DNA from: an uncultured Chloroflexia bacterium
Lineage (GTDB): Bacteria > Chloroflexota > Chloroflexia > QHBQ01 > JADMIH01
Length of the DNA stretch: 64,000 bases
Reading direction: 5' to 3'
NCBI GenBank assembly: GCA_963797095.1
Contig: CAWCNY010000002.1
Location: 1,216,001-1,280,000 of the forward strand
The notes under the pieces are model-generated. The model saw nothing but the letters and a program-made list of their open reading frames with translations, searched no databases and was not told the DNA's origin. Position numbers and translations under genes: made by a program. Below, piece after piece: positions 59,501 to 64,000 of the stretch (position 1 is its first letter; each line of letters starts with the position of its first letter).

Positions 59501-60825
59501 GTTGGTGTATTATCTTTTCTGTAAATTGGGAAATGTGGACCGGCTGAGATAGACAGCAGGTCAGGGTGTATCCTTTGAGTTGCGAAACACCAAAAGGAGG
59601 GCACCCATGACCTACCAGCCAGATTATACGTTATCGCAGGAACTGTTGGAACGTCTCAACGAAGAAGGATTAGACGCTTTACCAGAGATGATTCGAATCG
59701 TCATTAACTCAGCTATGCAAGCTGAGCGGCTCAAATAGTTGGGTGTTGGTGCTCCTTACGAGCGCTCTGCGGAGCGGCAGGACCAGTCCAACGGTTACAA
59801 GCCAAAGACGCTCAAGACCAGAGTGGGTGAGATTACCTTCTCTGTGCCCCAGGTGCGACAGGGCGACTTCTACCCTGGAGCCCTGGAGAAGGGACTGCGC
59901 TCGGAGCGTGCTCTCACACTGGCGTTGGCAGAGATGTACGTGCAAGGGGTCTCGACGCGCAGAGTGGCAGCCATCACCGAGAAGCTATGCGGTACCCAGG
60001 TATCCAGTGCTGCAGTGAGCCGAGCTGCCTCCCAGTTGGACGAGGTGCTGGAAGGGTGGCGCAACCGACCGCTGGGGGAGTGTCCCTACCTTATCCTGGA
60101 TGCCCGTTATGAGAAGGTGAGGCAGGACGGGCAGGTGAGAGACGCTGCAGTGCTGATTGGTATTGGCATCACCCGTGCAGGGCGACGGCAACTGCTGGGA
60201 GTATCGGTATCTTTGAGCGAGTATGAGGTGCATTGGCGCACCTTCCTGCAGAGCCTGGTATCGAGGGGGCTATCAGGAGTGAGGATGATAACATCCGACG
60301 CTCATGAGGGGCTGGGGGCAGCACGCAAGGCGGTATTCGGAGGAGTGCCCTGGCAGCGGTGCCAGTTTCATCTGCAGCAGAATGCCCAGGCTTATGTTCC
60401 CCGGCAGGAGATGAAAGCTGAGGTAGCCCAGGACATTAGAGCCATCTTCTCGGCATCATCATTGGAGCAGGCCAAACAGATGCTGGACAAAGCGGTTGCG
60501 AAGTATGAGAAGAGCGCTGCTCGCCTATCGCACTGGCTGCAAAACAACATCTTGGAAGGGTTGACCGTCTTTGCCCTCCCACAATCACAGTGGCGATCCC
60601 TTCGCACCACCAACGGGCTGGAACGCATCAACCAGGAGGTACGCCGGCGGACCAGAGTGGTGGGGATCTTCCCCAACGAGGCGAGTTGCCTGCGCTTGGT
60701 GACGGCAGTGCTGATGGAGATCAGCGACGAATGGGAGACAGGCCGAGCTTACATGACTTTTGACTACTGATTGACCAATTTAGAGGAACACCCTGACCAA
60801 TTTACAGAAAAAGGCTTGCATAATC
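59501..60825 (+). mobile_element. IS256-family insertion sequence
   Basis: Imperfect 29-bp TIRs sharing TTTTCTGTAAATTGG; 9-bp target duplication TTCTGATAG (59492-59500 and 60826-60834). Confidence 0.92.
59607..60770 (+). pseudogene. IS256 transposase with an in-frame TAG at 59736-59738
   Basis: ATG 59607 after an AGGAGG RBS; ...ERLK*LGVGAPYERS; EMYVQGVSTR, ILDA, SDAHEGL, WQRCQFH, RTTNGLERINQE. Confidence 0.88.
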
Positions 60826-60938
60826 TTCTGATAGTGAGCTAAAAGCGGCCTATCCGCAACTTCTGACTACGCTATGTACCCAATGTGCCTAGAGTAGCAA
60901 ATCTATTGCCATCTCTCGGTCTATGGCTTACAAGGATC

Positions 60939-60972
60939 TGGCAGTGCTATTAGACTTCCAATAACACTGCCA
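60939..60972 (-). terminator. 15-bp hairpin after the rsr stop
   Basis: TGGCAGTGTTATTGG-AAGT-CTAATAGCACTGCCA; no clear U-tract. Confidence 0.5.
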
Positions 60973-60980
60973 CTTTTACT

Positions 60981-62642
60981 TTATGCTATTTCACCAGTGA
61001 CAAAGTCCGACATAATTGCTGGTGCATTAGCGTCAAAACCTACTACGTCGAGCATGCCCGCGTCGTCTGGGTCCGAGATGGAAAAGCCGTTGGAGGTCAT
61101 ACCTACGACGATCATCTTGGCCGGGATACCCATCTTGTCGCGGTACTGGCGCAGGGCCTCTGCCGGGTGCGGCTTGCCTGCCCAGGTCTCCGAGTCGGTG
61201 TAGACAACGAAGACGTCGGCCTGGACCTTGTGATTCATAGCCCACTTCATCGGGAGAGCGCAGTCGGTGCCGCCCATCGGGATGGCCGAGGTGGTCTTCA
61301 CCACGTCGTCCAGCCGCTGGCGCGGGCTGATGTTGACCGGGGTGATACCCGGGTCGCCGCCGCCCCATTGGCCGCCGATTACACCCTTCGATGGAGCCGA
61401 GAAGGCCACGATGGTGTGGTCCTTCTCGACCGCCGCGGTTACGAGCGCCATTGCGGCGCTGCCGGTGCGTGCGTCGAGGCCGGGGATACCCGCGATCATG
61501 CTGCCGCCCATCGAGCCCGACACGTCGAGCGCCAGCAGCCAGCGCTTGTTGGTTGGCTGCACAGCGCCAAAGGCGATGTAGAATGCGTCGTTGAGGGCGT
61601 CGATTACGGGGGTTACGGGAGTCCAGCGCAGCTTGCCGCGCTCGCCCCGGCCCTGTGCGTAGGTCTTGATGGCTGCCAGCACCTTGATTGGGTGCAGACG
61701 TGCCTTGATGATACGGTCCTTCTTGCCCAGTTCGGCGACAACCTTGCGGGTCGCGTCGCTCATGGGCGCAATGAGGCCAACATCGGTCATCTTAGCCAGG
61801 TTGCGGATCATGGCCTCCATCGGCATGTTTGCCAGCAGGATTTCCCAGATGTCGCGGCTGTTGAGCCACTGGGTCGGGATTGCCTCGCGAGGCAGGTTGT
61901 AATCGAGGATGAGGCCCAGCACTTCGTTTTCGGTCTGAGCGCGCTTTGCTCGCTCGAACGCCCACAGGAGGCGAAGGTTCTCGTCCGGGTGTGGCTCGTC
62001 GCCTACCCACTCCCAGCCGTTCACCATCCAACCGTAGATGATCTCGTGTACGTTGTCTACCGGCTTCGGGTGGGCCAGGCGCAGGAGGTCGCGGTGCGAC
62101 CAACCGTCGCGCTGCTGGTACTTGATGGCTTGAAGAGCTAGCTTGTCCGCGGGCTGTGCATACCACTTGGCAACAGCCTCGCGCAGGCCACGACCCCAAC
62201 CGCGCAGACCGTCTACGTACTGTGCAAAGTGGAAGAGGTGGGTGCCGATGCGGCACACTCGCGGCAGGGCATCGAAAGCTGCTCGCTTGGTAGCGGCGTC
62301 GCCGTAGGTCGCTGCTAGAGCGAGGGCGAAGATCGCCGGGTCGTTTTTGGGTGCGCGGCCTGCCTCCGAGATTGCGACGATGCGCTCGACTGCGCGCTGG
62401 CCGTCTTCCTTGATGCAGTGAATAACTGCGTTGGCGTTTTCGGCGGTGAGGGCCTTTTCGGTGATGTAGTAGGTGCCGCCCTCGCTGCCCAGGATCAGCC
62501 ATCTATCGAGACGCATCCAGTCGTCGACCGTCCACGAGTAGCCGCCGCCGCTGTTGGCAACCTGGTCGCTGCCCGGTATCGGCTGGCTCTGCGGGGTGTC
62601 GTTTGCCTGGATGCTCTTTACAAAGTTGGTGATGTTCTTCAT
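60981..62642 (-). CDS. rsr: Ro60/TROVE + vWA RNA-binding protein (Rsr)
   Basis: NSGGGY, RWLILGSEGGTYY, RIGTHLF, GWGRGLR, KYQQRDGWSHRDLLRLAHP, DVSGSM, GGTDCALPM, VYTDSETW; GGAG RBS before ATG 62642. Confidence 0.96.
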   Translation of the reverse strand: MKNITNFVKSIQANDTPQSQPIPGSDQVANSGGGYSWTVDDWMRLDRWLILGSEGGTYYITEKALTAENANAVIHCIKEDGQRAVERIVAISEAGRAPKNDPAIFALALAATYGDAATKRAAFDALPRVCRIGTHLFHFAQYVDGLRGWGRGLREAVAKWYAQPADKLALQAIKYQQRDGWSHRDLLRLAHPKPVDNVHEIIYGWMVNGWEWVGDEPHPDENLRLLWAFERAKRAQTENEVLGLILDYNLPREAIPTQWLNSRDIWEILLANMPMEAMIRNLAKMTDVGLIAPMSDATRKVVAELGKKDRIIKARLHPIKVLAAIKTYAQGRGERGKLRWTPVTPVIDALNDAFYIAFGAVQPTNKRWLLALDVSGSMGGSMIAGIPGLDARTGSAAMALVTAAVEKDHTIVAFSAPSKGVIGGQWGGGDPGITPVNISPRQRLDDVVKTTSAIPMGGTDCALPMKWAMNHKVQADVFVVYTDSETWAGKPHPAEALRQYRDKMGIPAKMIVVGMTSNGFSISDPDDAGMLDVVGFDANAPAIMSDFVTGEIA

Positions 62643-62763
62643 TCTTTCTCCTTTCGGCCCCTTTGGGGCAAGATTTGTATTTGATAGCCGGTAGCCGGAA
62701 GTTCCAGGTTCCAGGTTCCAAGTTTCTGGTTGTGACTGCTGGCTACAGTGATAGCGTAGAGAT

Positions 62764-62814
62764 TCCTCCGCCGATAGAATATGGCTCTGAGCGCGGTATT
62801 CTATCGGCGGAGGA
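62764..62814. other. 18-bp perfect inverted repeat between the Y-RNA array and rsr
   Basis: TCCTCCGCCGATAGAATA/TATTCTATCGGCGGAGGA. Confidence 0.75.
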
Positions 62815-62823
62815 CCGCGAAAC

Positions 62824-63068
62824 GAGGCGGTCAAGAGACGCATTGGGAGACAATCTGGACGTTGGCTTGCGGCCTGTTCCAGCTATGTACCTCCGGCAAC
62901 CCCGGCTGGCGGGCAGTTACCTTCGGATTGTCTTGCTTCCCGGCGAATAAACCCCCGATGCGGGAGAACCCGGCCTGTTATTGGCCTCGTGGTCTGGTAG
63001 CAGTTCGCCTCTTGCTGATCCGGTTTGGGTTGGTCATGATAGGTAACCCAATAGCAGCGTACCGCCTC
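62824..63068 (-). ncRNA. Y-RNA-like element 1 (long, ~245 nt)
   Basis: 5' GAGGCGGUACG-CUGCUAUUG-GGUUACC ... CCCAAUGCGUC-UCUUGACCGCCUC 3' terminal pairing with the Ro-binding bulged helix. Confidence 0.75.
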
Positions 63069-63095
63069 AATTCCATGATACCACTACGATTGTTT

Positions 63096-63206
63096 CCCCG
63101 GTAGTCAAGGGGCGTAATGGCCGAGATTCGCCCAGGCATGAAGGGGCCTGAGCTTAGGATTTGAACCTGTGCAGGCCGATAACCCATGTACAACGTACCA
63201 CCAGGG
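63096..63206 (-). ncRNA. Y-RNA-like element 2 (YrlA-like, T-arm first)
   Basis: CCCUGGUGGUACG...GGGUUAUC...AGG-UUCAAAU-CCU...CUUGACUACCGGGG. Confidence 0.8.
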
Positions 63207-63324
63207 TGGGGGTGGGAGGGATCGAACCTCCGTTTTCGGGTCCCGTTAATCATCACCTGACGGCCCTGAAGGCAAGGTAACGATGATGAGTTTGCCCGCT
63301 GTGCTGCCACTACACTACATCCCC
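63207..63324 (-). ncRNA. tRNA-ended (circularly permuted) Y-RNA-like element 3
   Basis: GGGGAUG/CACCCCC-A acceptor, GUGU/GCAC D-arm, GGAGGUUCGAUCCCUCC T-arm; anticodon replaced by a long arm ending in CCUUGCC-UUCA-GGGCCG. Confidence 0.75.
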
Positions 63325-63397
63325 GATTTGGGTATTGATGGTAATTACGACTTACGAATTATGTGTCATTCCGACTACCGACTACCGACAGTACCGA

Positions 63398-63489
63398 GTG
63401 CAGGCGAATGTTGTTCAAGGGTTGTCTGATCAGGCAAAGCCCGGTCAGCCCTGTGGTGGACTGATAACCCTGTGAGCCGCGGCCCGCAC
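63398..63489 (-). ncRNA. Y-RNA-like element 4
   Basis: GUGCGGGCCG...AGGGUUAUC...CCCUU...UUCGCCUGCAC. Confidence 0.7.
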
Positions 63490-63510
63490 GCTGTTCTGTT
63501 CGTTTCTTTT

Positions 63511-63661
63511 CAGGCAGTCAAGGATGGCGTTTTGGGGTTTCTGGGGTGTGGGACTTGCACCTACTCTGTGGGTCTTTCACCCACTTTCAGCCCGCGAGTG
63601 CTGTTTTGCCATTTTCGCCATTTTCAAGATGGAAGATAACCCAAAACTGCGTACCGCCCTG
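63511..63661 (-). ncRNA. Y-RNA-like element 5 with an internal D-loop-like then T-arm-like domain
   Basis: GGCGGUACG-CAGUUUUG-GGUUAUC...GGCGAAAAUGGCAAA...GUAGG-UGCAAGU-CCCAC...CCCAAAACG...CCUUGACUGCC. Confidence 0.75.
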
Positions 63662-63680
63662 TATATTCGAGAAGAAGTGT

Positions 63681-63768
63681 GCCGGTGGGCAAGGGACGTG
63701 TTGGGAATGACTTTCGTCAAGCAGATTCACAGTCTGAGGGGTAACCCATACACTGCGTACCACCGGGC
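63681..63768 (-). ncRNA. Y-RNA-like element 6 (short)
   Basis: CCGGUGGUACG-CAGUGUAUG-GGUUACC...CCCAACACG...CCUUGCCCACCGG. Confidence 0.75.
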
Positions 63769-63781
63769 AACCATGTTTTGT

Positions 63782-63899
63782 TGGGGAGCAGCGGGAGTCG
63801 AACCCACGCAACCTCCCGAAGGAGGGTATCTATCCTCTGATAACCGTCAGCGGACGGCCCTTGAGGGCAAGGGATGTTGACGGGGTTTTACACTCCCCA
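63782..63899 (-). ncRNA. tRNA-ended (circularly permuted) Y-RNA-like element 7, no D-arm, long variable arm
   Basis: GGGGAGUG...CCGUCA..CCCUUGCCC-UCAA-GGGCCG..UGACGGUUAUC...CCUCC-UUCG-GGAGG..GUGGG-UUCGACU-CCCGC-UGCUCCCCA. Confidence 0.72.
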
Positions 63900-63911
63900 T
63901 GAGTGTGGTTC

Positions 63912-63984
63912 TGGCGGTCAAGGAACGCTCCCGGTGTGGGAGTTGAACCCATGTGCACCGGTAACCGGAAGCACCGTACCACCA
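63912..63984 (-). ncRNA. Y-RNA-like element 8 (minimal, T-arm only)
   Basis: UGGUGGUACG-GUGCUUCC-GGUUACC...UGGG-UUCAACU-CCCA...GGGAGCG..CCUUGACCGCCA. Confidence 0.78.
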
Positions 63985-63987
63985 TTG

Positions 63988-64000
63988 TGGAGACGGAGGG
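63988..64000 (-). tRNA. Probable 3' end of another tRNA or tRNA-like element cut by the window edge
   Basis: Reverse complement CCCTC-CGTCTCC-A fits a T-stem 3' strand, acceptor strand and discriminator; too short to be sure. Confidence 0.35.

Noticed and set aside
59736-59738. Programmed amber readthrough or recoding of the transposase
   Set aside because: No suppressor or pyrrolysine tRNA in the window, and TAG ends many normal genes here; a point mutation from a Tyr codon is simpler.
62643-62843. 67-aa N-terminal extension of the TROVE ORF
   Set aside because: It crosses a hairpin and heptamer repeats; the RBS and family-like sequence begin at ATG 62642.
62978-63037. Small basic ORF (MTNPNRISKRRTATRPRGQ) inside Y element 1, as a possible tmRNA-like tag
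   Set aside because: No RBS and no conservation evidence; an ORF this short is expected by chance.
63207-63324. Group I or archaeal-type intron in a normal tRNA
   Set aside because: The insert is too short for group I, no clear anticodon loop is restored on removal, and it carries the same motifs as the neighbouring Y elements. Not fully excluded.
62824-63984. CRISPR array interpretation of the recurring GGTAACCC/CGTACC motifs
   Set aside because: The motifs are short, degenerate and irregularly spaced, and they pair with distal complementary strands. No cas genes are present, and the adjacent rsr explains them as Y-RNA-like.

Overview
A ~58% GC bacterial chromosomal segment, most likely Chloroflexota. 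This is inferred from the Chloroflexi-type secreted P/T-linker proteins, the DUF2298 'YYY' membrane protein and the SLH protein. Bases 1-53 kb are mostly housekeeping and accessory genes: sugar ABC transport with GH1/GH13/GH38 glycosidases, thrB-thrC, RND/MFS efflux, two large GT-C glycosyltransferase-NHL proteins, an alpha-dioxygenase-like heme peroxidase, a STAND ATPase, many REP/heptamer repeats, and a tRNA-Ile2(CAU) overlapped by a low-GC HTH-LAGLIDADG-like ORF. The standout region is the last ~10.6 kb, a minus-strand RNA-repair island. In transcription order it holds a tandem array of at least 8 Y-RNA-like elements (shared GGU(A/C)CG...GGUUA(C/U)C...CUUG(A/C)C motifs), Ro60/TROVE (rsr), an IS256 with an amber-interrupted transposase, a HEPN RNase-like gene, a Zn-ribbon protein, five dispersed non-canonical tRNAs (including a rare Ile-UAU), an HNH nuclease, and RtcB with an HNH-type intein at its catalytic Cys. 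Two of the Y elements are circularly permuted: they have tRNA-like 5'/3' ends and carry the Ro-binding helix as a closed hairpin where the anticodon would be. All calls come from reading the sequence; no searches were run.
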